Assembly (NCBI GenBank): GCA_001643675.2
Contig: LSRY02000007.1
Coordinates: forward strand, 124,001 to 188,000
Length of the DNA stretch: 64,000 nucleotides
From: Monocercomonoides exilis PA203
Taxonomy: Eukaryota; Protista; Preaxostyla
Direction: 5' to 3'
A model generated the notes under the pieces. It worked only from the letters and a program-made list of their open reading frames with translations. It did not search any database and was not told where the DNA came from. The position numbers and the translations under genes were made by a program. Below, piece after piece: positions 1-9,909 of this stretch. Each line of letters opens with the position of its first letter. Position 1 is the stretch's first letter.

Positions 1-316
1 TTATGCACAGAAAAAGAAAGAAAAAGAGAAAAACATAAAGAAAAAATGAAGGAAAATATTCTATTTTAATTTAACATGAATATTCTTTCGAAATTAAACT
101 AGTATTCCAATTAATTAACACTCACTTCAATAAGAAAAATATTTCTTTGAGATTTTAAACAATTTTTTACTCAAAAATATACGAAGTGAAAAATGATTTT
201 TAAAAACAAAAATGACAAAATTTCATATTTTAATAAGTCACACATCTTGTCTGATGACGCGTTAAAAAGCAAAGTGCTGATTGAGTTATTTTTGTGACAA
301 GCAATTGCCAAGAGCT

Positions 317-1813
317 TCATGAACTCAACTCACTTGTGCTTGAGCTCAACCTGTCTGTGGCTTCACCTTCTTCATTTTTATAATCTGCAGAAAGGCTGTC
401 ATTTGAAGATGAAAGAGCATTGTCGTGGGATGCCGACAAATCTTGCTCTCCGCCATTCTCAGAACTTTCCTCTCCCCCATTGTCCTCCGCAACCACAACA
501 GGCGGGGGCTTCCTGCAAGAGTATAAAAAGTGTGACTGCCTATTTTTAATAGCAGATTCCGCAGCCACCCACGGAGCTGAAATTGATTGCTGATCTTTTT
601 CTGGCTGGGAAACGCCTTCGGATGATGAAAGAGTTGATGTTTCTGAAGTGGTTGGTGTTGGATCAAGAGACGAAGAGGTCAATGAAGATGTTGCTGGGTT
701 TGCCTGAGATGGATCGGATGACTCCTGTTCCTGAGCAATCTGAGGAGGCCCGCTTAAGGCAGGACGGGGAAGCGTGGAAACCGACAGCGTCCATGTACTA
801 AGTGTGTTTCATTGCAAATGTTTTTAAAAGCAAAAATGGATAGAAGTAAAATACGAAAGTCAATGTTATCAAATAAATAAAAATAAAAATATAAATATAA
901 ATAAAAATTTAAATGAAAAAATTTTTAGCAATACAAAAATTTTTGTTTGAGTTAATTTTAATAATGTGTACAGTAAAATCATTGAATTTTTGTTGTCAAT
1001 AAAAAGATGAAAAGAAAATAAATTTTAATTTTTCATACAATTCCTCAATTTGATAAAAATGTGAATGAATTTCTGGTTCTCGAAAAGAAACTGAAATAAA
1101 TGTTCCATTCATTTTTAAAATTCTGAGAAATATATAAATATAAAATTGTGATTCAAAATGCCAAAGTTATAAAAAATAATTCAGAAGTAACATATACACC
1201 TGTGAACTTCAGACAAAAATTTCATTGCTCTTGATTTATCTAATTGTCCGCATATCAAACAATCTAGTGTTCCTTTTTCGATAACAGCATCATATGATTC
1301 ACTGTCAATTGTTGTCATGTCCGTTGCATCCATCACCTGAACTATAACAGAAATATTCAATATTGATTTATAAATCTAAAAGCAAACAAGATATTCCAGA
1401 GGTCTGCGCATGGCGCCTCTGCATCATCTCTATACACGGTTGTGACCAATCGATGCAATCAATTGATTCATATCCAGCTTCAATCATATCATCAGGAAGT
1501 ACTAAAAGATTGAAAAAATATATTTAAACATATTGAAATTCAAATTGATACAAATTTTAATTGAAAAAATAACAAAATGAAGCAAACATGAAGTTCCACA
1601 TCCAACGTATAGCACCCTTGCGTCTTGAGGGATAAGTTCCTTTATTATTTGCCCAATAGTATCGAATGATTGATAAAATTCAAATGCCCTCTTGTCCGTT
1701 GAATACCGTTCATTCCTTTGATTGACAAATAATAACAATTAATGAGTCCAAGTAAAAAACGAAATTTTTTGTATAATTACATACCAGAAATCCAAACGAC
1801 CAAATCGAGACAT
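317..1813 (-). CDS. Class I SAM-dependent protein-lysine methyltransferase, EEF1AKMT4/METTL13-N-terminal-like; about 6 exons
   Basis: Manual splicing gives MSRFGRLDFW|NERYSTDKRAFEFY...RVLYVGCGTS (motif I)...MDATDM...YDAVIEKGTLDCL...EVHR|ILKMNGTFISVSF...|TWTLSV...HFLYSCRK. GT/AG boundaries checked in phase at 1784/1716, 1199 and 798. Last exon 797-317. Confidence 0.85.
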
Positions 1814-3445
1814 GTCTATTTCGAATTTTGGGCATTAATAAACTGAAAGTTCGTTTTCAGCTTAATAAAATAAGTAGTTACTTCAAAAACACATTTTATT
1901 GTTTCCATCATCGAAATAAAATTCTCATAAACGAATACAATTTGGAGTATTGTGAAAGGTTTTTTTATTTTGAAGTTTTAGCATTAATCTCCAAATTTTT
2001 CAAATAGAAAATGTTATTCCAAAAGAAAGAAATTGCTTCGTAAAAGATTCTATGTTGCAACAAATGAAATGTTCAAATACCTCTCTTTTCAAAAGAACAT
2101 AACGAACTGTTGAATCACTTCAATCATTTTTCAATCTGATCCTGAATTCTGACTCATCATTATTAATGTTACTTTGAATATTCGAAGGATAGCGTTCAAG
2201 TGAAATTCAACATTAGTTCTGGTAAAATCTGTTCTAAGTGCGCAAAAGAGATAAAAGAAGATCCTTCTCCTTCTGCTCCTTCAACTGTCTTTTCAACAAT
2301 TTCTTCATTTGTTTCCATTTAAAATAGAATTTGAGATTGTGGTATACATAAAAATATGAAAAAAAAATATTGTAATTTTGATTTTTTACGAAAATTTTTT
2401 TAAATATTTTTATATTGAATATTTGAAATTTTCGCAACAATAAACAATTAAAAATAAAGAATGAAGAATATCGATAATTGATAAAATGTTTATTTGTAAT
2501 AAAAAGAACATTGACTTCGAGTAAAACAACAGAAATGAAAATTTTGAAACAAGTTGTAAACCATTTATGAGAAGGTTAAAATATTCATCCATCAAGAGAT
2601 TTGCTTCCTTACTTCTTTTTAATGATTTTAGTTGTCTGGAAAAAAGTAAATTCACAATATCTAAAAAACTGTTCCTTTTTTCCATAAATACGATCTCAAA
2701 AGAAATAAACTCAAAATTAAAATTGGGTTATAGATTTTTTTTTTTTTTCTTTTGAATAGTTAAGGCAAAATCTTTTCTTTGGATTATTATTATTAATGAG
2801 AATCCGAAAATCGAAAAAAATTATCAAGTCGATGGAATAAAAATATTTTCTGTAAATTTTATTCTTGATAAATCAGGTTGACTTCATTTTTATAAATAAA
2901 AGTGGTCATATATGTTTTGTTAAAAAAATATTGATATGATGAAAAATATAAATGTGAAGAAAAAATTGATCATTATAATATTCACCATTATAAGTTGTTT
3001 TAAATTCCAATCGCTTAATCCAACTTTCAAAAGCACGGATAATCATGTCCGAAAAAATTGAAAAAAGAATAATTTTTTTTTTTTTTCTATTTCTTCAGTT
3101 TGAAATATTTTTCCCTTTTCAAAGCCTGCTTAACGTTCCCGAAGATGATAAAATCGCATGGTGCAACATCAGGAGAATAAGGAGGATGCGGTTGAGTTTT
3201 CACATTAAACTCTTCCGCAAATATCTTTGATACTGTTGCTGGGTGCGGACGAGGATTATCGAAATGAATAAAACATTCAATTGGAGAAACGGAAGAAAGA
3301 TCTTTTTGAATTTGGCTAATGGGCTTTTATATCGAATTTACGAAATATTCTGCTTCATTTCAGTTTTTTCTGGAATGATATCAAGAAAAAACAACTAATT
3401 GACAGAAATGAAAATTGTGTGTTTGAATTATTTATCTGAATATGT

Positions 3446-3649
3446 GGCTGATCCTTTTTGAAATCACACATTCGTTCGAGTTTTGATCAAAAAAATTTTC
3501 TGAAAGGGATTTTGAAAAATTGAACTAAAACTGATTATACATGTCGCACATGTAGATATTTTTTTGAAATTCTATTTTTTCAAAATCCCATTGAGATTGA
3601 AATAATGATCAAATCTCGAACGAAAGAATGATTTCAAAAAGGATCAGCC
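3446..3649. mobile_element. 204-bp MITE, copy 1
   Basis: Ends GGCTGATCCTTTTTGAAATCA.../...TGATTTCAAAAAGGATCAGCC with long imperfect inverted arms. ATGT is duplicated at 3442-3445 and 3650-3653. Confidence 0.9.
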
Positions 3650-4599
3650 ATGTGTAATTTGCGGAGGTTGACACATCAACTTTTATTTTCTTCATTTGCA
3701 TTCGAAATAATTCCTTCTGGAGATAAAAAACTCATCTTTTGTTATCAGCCCTTCAAAGTGTCTTTTTTGCAAATCTCGCAATTTCTCCAATAATTGCATG
3801 CCAATTTGACCACGGATTTTTTTACTGATCCTCATTCAGGGTGCACAGCATCTTCCTTGTTTTGTCCAAATAAAAATGCAATTTCTCATGAAGAATCCTT
3901 TAAATTGTTCTTTTTCCAACACTTGGGTGAAAATTTTCGAAAAATCACTTTTTTTTAGCCTGATCAGTCCCACAAAAAATCAGAACGAAATTTTTTGTTA
4001 CCGTAATTTTTTTACAAAATTAATTAATGCACTTTTTTCACTAAGGAAGAGTTTGTCGTTTAATTATTAACAATACACTTTGTTAACATAAACTGATAAT
4101 GTCAATAATTGAAGATAATTTGTTATCTTCTTCTTATTTTAATGAAACTCGCGCATTTGAATATTTCAAAATTTCTTCTTTAATGAGATGAGTTTTTCCT
4201 TTCAATTATTCGAGTTTCAACAATAATTATCATTGTGACCTCGTTGAGAAAACAAAATAATTAATTAATTTCATTGAATCTTTTGATTTACACACAAATA
4301 TTTCTGACAATTTTTCTTCATTTGACGTTTTCTGTGAATCAAATAAAGTATTTTTACAAAATAGAAAGAATTTGTTTGGATTAGTACTGAAAAGCAATAT
4401 ATAATAACTTATTAAAGCCAAAAAAATAATATCTTTAATAATTTTTGAATAACGTTCATTGTTATCTTGTGTTCAACCAATACTTTTCATCGATTGGAAA
4501 TAGCAGCGTTATAAACTTCGTTAAGTATCATTGATTTCATCGAGTGGAGCATGCTAATTATGATGTTTGAATCTAACGGATCGAAGAAAAATTGAAATA

Positions 4600-6041
4600 A
4601 TCCATTTCGGAGAGAGCTTCAGTTATAACTGGATTCGACTCAGGAGTGGAGTCATCTGCTGCATAAGGGTGCAGGCGCACAAGCGAAACGACACTTAAGG
4701 AGATGTTTTCCGTTTTGTGAGTAGTGCCACTTCCTTTGCTTTCAGCATTTATGGGAACGTCGTAGGGGAGTTGGTAAATTTTCTGGAGATTGATGTGAAT
4801 ACGTTCCCTTTGATCTGCGATATACTTGACTGGTTTCCAACGCAATCAGTGAAGAAGTGGATGGTATCGTAATTGCGAAAGTCGGAGAGCGTGGACGTGT
4901 AACTGGACGACAAAGGCGGATGAAGTGCAGATGCTGAGAGAGGCTTTCTGGAATAACGAGGCGATGGTGGCGGAGCTTGCAGGGGAGAAGGAGGGGCTGT
5001 GTGGCGGATAGGGAGCAAAAGGAGCAGCATGAGGAGGCTAAGCAGAAGATAAAGAAGAGGCATTCGGAGTTCAACATGCTGTTGCAGAAGATCCGGGACA
5101 AAGAGCGGATCTCGAAGATGACGAGCGGGCTGGCAGAGCAGCTGCAGGAGAAGGACAAAATCATCCGAATGCGGGAGAGGAAGATTCTGGAGCTGATCGA
5201 AAAGCACAACATAGAGGAGAAGGGATTGCAGGAGCAACTTGTTGCAATGAAGGAGAAGATGTCGTATGAAGAAACAGGGCAGTTATAGGCCAGAATGGTT
5301 AAGACACCGGAAGGGAAGGAGAAGCAGAAGAGAAACATGAACATGGAGTGTATTTTTTGGAAAAATTGATTACGATAGTGAATCAGATGATAACAGTTTC
5401 TGGGAAGCTTAGGCAAGAAGAGTACGAAACGGTGCATGTGCTTTGGATACCGATCACGTTGCATTCGTTTGTGCGGATGAAGCGTTTATTGAAGCCACTA
5501 AAGACAGAGCTTAAGAATTCGCTGGTATGGAAACTGTTAATGTCCGGTGGATATTCAGAGACTAATTCGCAGAAAATATAAGCAGGAGCAGAGAAGGGTG
5601 GTCAAATGTGGCGGCTCAGACGCAGATGTTTTGGGGCTTTGGATTTATGTGGATAGGGAAGAAGCGCGAGGTTCAGAAGAAGGCGAGGCGAATCGATAGG
5701 AGATGATCTACGTGGTGAATCCATACCTAAAAGACTTTGTAGAGGCGTGGCTGCGTGGGAAGTTTGTATAGGTGTTCTCAGGAGATTTGTTGTTGTTCAA
5801 ACTGGTATTTAACAAGGCGCTTGAAAGAGAATCGAAGATAAAAATCTAAATGTTTTTTGTGGTGTTTCAATGGATTCATATAAAGAAGCGGGACAAAGAT
5901 GTGTTGATATTACTGTCGTTTCTTGAGAACTACTTCATGGCAGAAGCAGCAAAGCGGAAGGAAGCGATAAAGGAGCTGTGCGATCAGATGCATAGAGGCT
6001 ATCCATTGACATTATCATCATCGCCATCGGGAGCTGCGTGA
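4600..6041 (+). pseudogene. GC-richer decayed coding segment (coiled-coil-like) inside the 4.55-kb element
   Basis: Consecutive ORF pieces 4977-5288, 5348-5581 and 5850-6041 are linked by single stops or frameshifts. E/K/Q-rich heptad-like sequence; composition differs sharply from the flanks. Confidence 0.5.
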
Positions 6042-7279
6042 AGATGCATCTTTTCAGATGAAATTGAGTCTTTCTGTGCGCATCATTAGCAGAGGCTTTA
6101 AGCGCTGTAGATGTCAATCTTCCAAGATACGAATTAACTGTCTGTGTGCTGTTTGCTATCATTTACACCGGTGCTTGAGGTGTGCCAGCGCAATGCCTTC
6201 TTCGAGCTGCGCCTGCATCTGCTAGATGTGTGCGACTCTGCTAACCGGTTAACACCTCTGACGGCGTCTGAGAACAGAGGGTTGTGAAGAAGGTGAATCA
6301 TAACTTTGCGCTGCAGAGCCGGAGCTGCACTATCTTGTGCGTATGCTTTAGTGGGTTTTGGAGGGAGCAGGGATTGAAATCTGGTTGAAGCGTCTGATGA
6401 AGACTGTGAAGTCGACTGTAGGGAAGAATTATGAGTGGCTAGAGTTGCTCCAAATGGTGCGGATGCTGGTGGAGCTTGCAGCAATGGAGGAGAAAGAAGA
6501 GGCAGAGGAAGGAGGAGGAATAGTTTGGGATTCCTCGATATTTTCCAAATCAGCAGAAGGCGAATTTTTCATCTGAATGAGAAAAATCAAATGGAAACGA
6601 ACGCGATTCTGGAAGAGAGTGGAGAGAAGAAAATGTGGAGCGAATATGAACGAGAATATGAAATGGATGTTTGGAGTCAGATGGAGAATTGAAACATTTT
6701 GGATAAGGCATGTGTGGAGAAGATATATATGATTATGCAGCGATTGAGGCGGTTGTGCTCAGCAAAATTAACTTTTGTCTCTCTGTCACTATTATTGGCA
6801 TTTTCACATATGCCTTATCTTCCTCAGAGGCGCATCGAAATAGCTTCTGGAAACTTCCTCCTTCCGTGCCGCACAGGCGCTGCAGCTTTGCTCTCTTATT
6901 TTTGCAGTTGATTGAAGCATCGAGGCAGAGCAACGTGTTCCATTCGAAGAAGCCTGATGTTGAGAAGATTTTGAAGGATCAGAATAAGACGAAAAAATGT
7001 ACACATGCATTGTCTCAATCATCATCTACTTCGAATAAGCATTCTGCGCATTTATCTTATTCTTATTTCTTCCAGTAACTATTTGATGATTCGTAATTGT
7101 TCTTTTCAACCCATAAAAGATGCATTAGGATAGTTGAAAAGCTATTTCTTGAATTGATAAGTGAAAATGATGAAGTATTGGAGATAAGTTTTGCTCACTT
7201 CATATTTCTGATCTATTGTATGTAATTCTGAACATTTATTTGCTCTACGGAAAATGCTGTTTGTTTTGTGTATCCGCTT

Positions 7280-7440
7280 CAAGAAGATATACACAGCCTG
7301 CATATGTGCATCTCTTCTGTTCCAGTGATCTCAAATAGCCCCGAGTCTCGATTATTTTCATATGCAGAGTCGTGCAAAAGAGTGAGGTTATTGACAGCAA
7401 ATGTTCCTATTGTAACAGAAAAAAAAGTCAAGCCAGCTTC
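7280..7440 (-). pseudogene. Fragment resembling the host giant surface-protein family
   Basis: Reads LTFFSVTIGTFAVNNLTLLHDSAYENNRDSGLFEITGTEEMHICRLCISS, patterned like FLSVDDGICKLSSLSIVFDSHESSRLFRLSSSNSQLLLQGLVIS in the 41078-50386 protein. Confidence 0.4.
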
Positions 7441-8666
7441 TTATAATTCTGTTTACTCCGTTTTGTAAAAATTGCTTCTATCAGAAATTATGAATGTCCT
7501 CACACCATGGTTCACACTTGTTCATTTTGAAATAATTCTTGTGAGAATCACAATATTTTTTTCTAAGTTGGGGATCAGCTGAATAAAAAAATATCAAATA
7601 GAATTTAATAGATGGCTTTATTTCTTTCTGGTTGTTGTTGTTCTTTTCCAAATAAATTCCTATGAAAAATAAGAATTACTCGAAATCTCACATTCATAGG
7701 TGTTCAATGAGAATTTTTCATGACAATTTTTCATTGAATTTTACAATCATATATGATAAACTTTATCATATTGATTCTTGTCATATTCTTCAAATGTGCA
7801 GCTAAAAGTGCAGTCATCAATCTTTTCGCCTTTTAACTTTTCTTTTAATTAAAAATGGCAGGAAGATTTGAAAGCCATATTTGAAAAAAAAAAGCAGTAT
7901 CTCTCATCTTATCAAGTCCAATCTTTCAGATGGAGTTTTGAAACTGGAAAGGTTAATATTGCTTGAGCAACAGACTTATGCTTGTGAAGCAAATTGACTT
8001 TCTTTGTGAATGAAATAGAGATGCAAAAATTTATGAGAAACTCAGAAATCCCAATAATAGATAGTGTATATTATATTTTCATAACATGATTTAATAAATG
8101 TTCGATTTCCAAACCCTATGTTCAAATGTTGAATCCAAAAAGCGCACAAATTATCGATTGATCATTACTGTAACAAATTTCGATTACCATGCTTCAAAAC
8201 ATCATTTTGTTTTTCGAAAGTGCTGTGAACAGTTTCATAACGATTATTTATATTAACCTGCATTCATTTATACTCGAAAGAACAGATTTCATTCTGATCA
8301 AATACACAATATAAATCCAAATTTATCAAAACTTTTTAAATTCTCCAAAAAAGAATGCATATGTCAATTTTTCATCGAAAATATGAACTTTATACATAAA
8401 AATTGAAGAAATTAAATCTGACAAAAAAATAGTGGTTTGAATTTTTGATCTGCAGTGATTTTTCAAAAATTTTCACCCACTTATTGCTCCGCCAACACTC
8501 TGGAGCTAATATGAGAATTTTCTTCCACTTTTTGTTGAATCTTCTTCATTAACACTTCATTAAATGGCCAGCTTTGATTATGGTGTCTCTATTCAATTTC
8601 TTCTCGTTGAAAAATTTTTATATTCCAGGAACAAATTGTTCAAATATCCGGATGTTGAATTCCATA

Positions 8667-8667
<1 letters not shown>

Positions 8668-8713
<46 letters not shown>
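8668..8713. repeat. (TTA)n microsatellite, about 15 units
   Basis: Direct reading. Confidence 0.95.
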
Positions 8714-8715
<2 letters not shown>

Positions 8716-8969
8716 TTTTATTTTTTTTTTTTTATTTTTTATTTTTTTTTTTTGGGAAGTTCGTTTAGTTATATTTTTTTGTGAAAATGAAAATTGAATT
8801 TTTTTATCAAAATTTCATTCCAACTCACAAATTTTCACCAGCATGAAAACAAATGCTTGAAAATATTATTCCATTCATTCCATTGAAGTTTCATGAGCGA
8901 GAACAGTAATTTGAAGCAAATATTCGTCAAACATTTTCACCTGAATAAAATTTTCAAAAAATTCGATCA

Positions 8970-8971
<2 letters not shown>

Positions 8972-9026
<55 letters not shown>
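8972..9026. repeat. Poly-T tract, about 55 nt
   Basis: Direct reading. Confidence 0.95.
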
Positions 9027-9033
9027 CGAAAAA

Positions 9034-9240
9034 AAAAGTTCCTTTTGATTTATTTTCAAATAAAATAAAAATTTCATTCAATCAAATTTCTGTTCCCACT
9101 CACCAAAATTTCTTGTCAAGAAAATAAAATCTTGACATTGGTATTATTTTTATTTTTGTGAAGTTTCATGAGAGAGAACAGAAATTTGATTGAAAAATGA
9201 AATTTTTATTTTATTTGAAAATAAATCAAAAGGAACTTTT
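9034..9240. repeat. Foldback inverted repeat (arms about 65 bp), possibly a MITE
   Basis: AAAAGTTCCTTTTGATTTATTTTCAAATAAAATAAAAATTTCATT..CAATCAAATTTCTGTTC is the reverse complement of about 9176-9240 apart from a 3-nt indel. Confidence 0.8.
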
Positions 9241-9548
9241 CAAAAAAAATTAGACATTTGTATTTTATTTATGAAACAAAGAGATGTTTGAAAAATGAAA
9301 TAAAATGAAAAAAATGATGAAATTTGATTTATATTACGAAATTTCAAAAATTCAGTGAAATAAAAAAAATTTTTTTTAAATAATTAATTCTGACGTGGAT
9401 TTTCATTTTCAAACTGACGTGACAATTGTTTTTATCTGTAACACATGTTAAGTTACCACTCTTAATTGTTTAAAAAAAATCAGAAAATTTTTTAAAGATG
9501 TGAATAACTGAATAATTTTTTGGTGAATCAAAAAAAGAATATTAAGGT

Positions 9549-9752
9549 GGCTGATCATTTTAAATTCATTCTTTCGTTCGAGTTTTGATCAAAAATTTCT
9601 TCTCAATGGGTTTTTGAAAAATTGTTCTGAACAGATAATATACGTAGTTTATGATGTTGTTGTTGCAGAAACAAATTTTTAACAAAAATCCCATTAAGAT
9701 TAAATTTTTGATCAAAACTCGAACGAAAGAATGATTTCAAAAAGGATCAGCC
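9549..9752. mobile_element. 204-bp MITE, copy 2
   Basis: Same GGCTGATC...GATCAGCC ends and same length as copy 1. AGGT is duplicated at 9545-9548 and 9753-9756. Confidence 0.9.
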
Positions 9753-9909
9753 AGGTTATATATCATTTAGCAATATGCAACTTTCATCACCTTTTGATTT
9801 CAACCACAAGAATTGTAAACAATAGAAATATGATGCATGAAAGAAAAGTGAACAAAATATCCAAATCAAAAATTTAATGTTGAGTTAGATCATAAAAAAT
9901 TTCTTGAAA

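Larger units (their letters stand above)
3925..8478. mobile_element. 4,554-bp TIR element with 4-bp TSD, no intact transposase
   Basis: 25-bp TIR GGGTGAAAATTTT(C/T)GAAAAATCACT with 1 mismatch. ACTT is duplicated at 3921-3924 and 8479-8482. Removing the element rejoins the mariner coding sequence. Confidence 0.85.
2965..8665 (-). pseudogene. Decayed mariner (DD34D) transposase, split by two later insertions; own sequence about 2965-3445, 3650-3924 and 8479-8665
   Basis: Minus strand reads KIQQKVEENSHISSRVLAEQ (HTH, about 8485-8545), SVGKRTI*RILHEKL across the excised junction, ITKDEFFI (about 3725-3746), IHFDNPRPH...HPPYSPDVAPCDF (about 3150-3270, 34 aa between the Asps) and RAFESWIKRLE..NGEYY (about 2970-3040). 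Stops and frameshifts are present; own TIRs not found. Confidence 0.85.

Noticed and set aside
2100-2755. Short AT-rich ORFs suggesting a small spliced gene
   Set aside because: No recognisable motif and internal stops; at best decayed sequence.
4977-6041. Idea that the cargo uses a TAA/TAG=Gln code, since several interruptions are TAR
   Set aside because: Frameshifts are also needed and CAG/CAA are used freely; ordinary decay is the simpler explanation.
7600-8310. Faint Sola-like (KSHIH.., KNWQE) and PHD-like (YCNK..CCEQFH) traces in the right arm of the 4.55-kb element
   Set aside because: They need several assumed frameshifts and substitutions and cannot be supported by eye; a profile search is required.
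8564-9081. Poly-Leu, poly-Tyr and poly-Lys ORFs
   Set aside because: They are translations of the (TTA)n and poly-T tracts.
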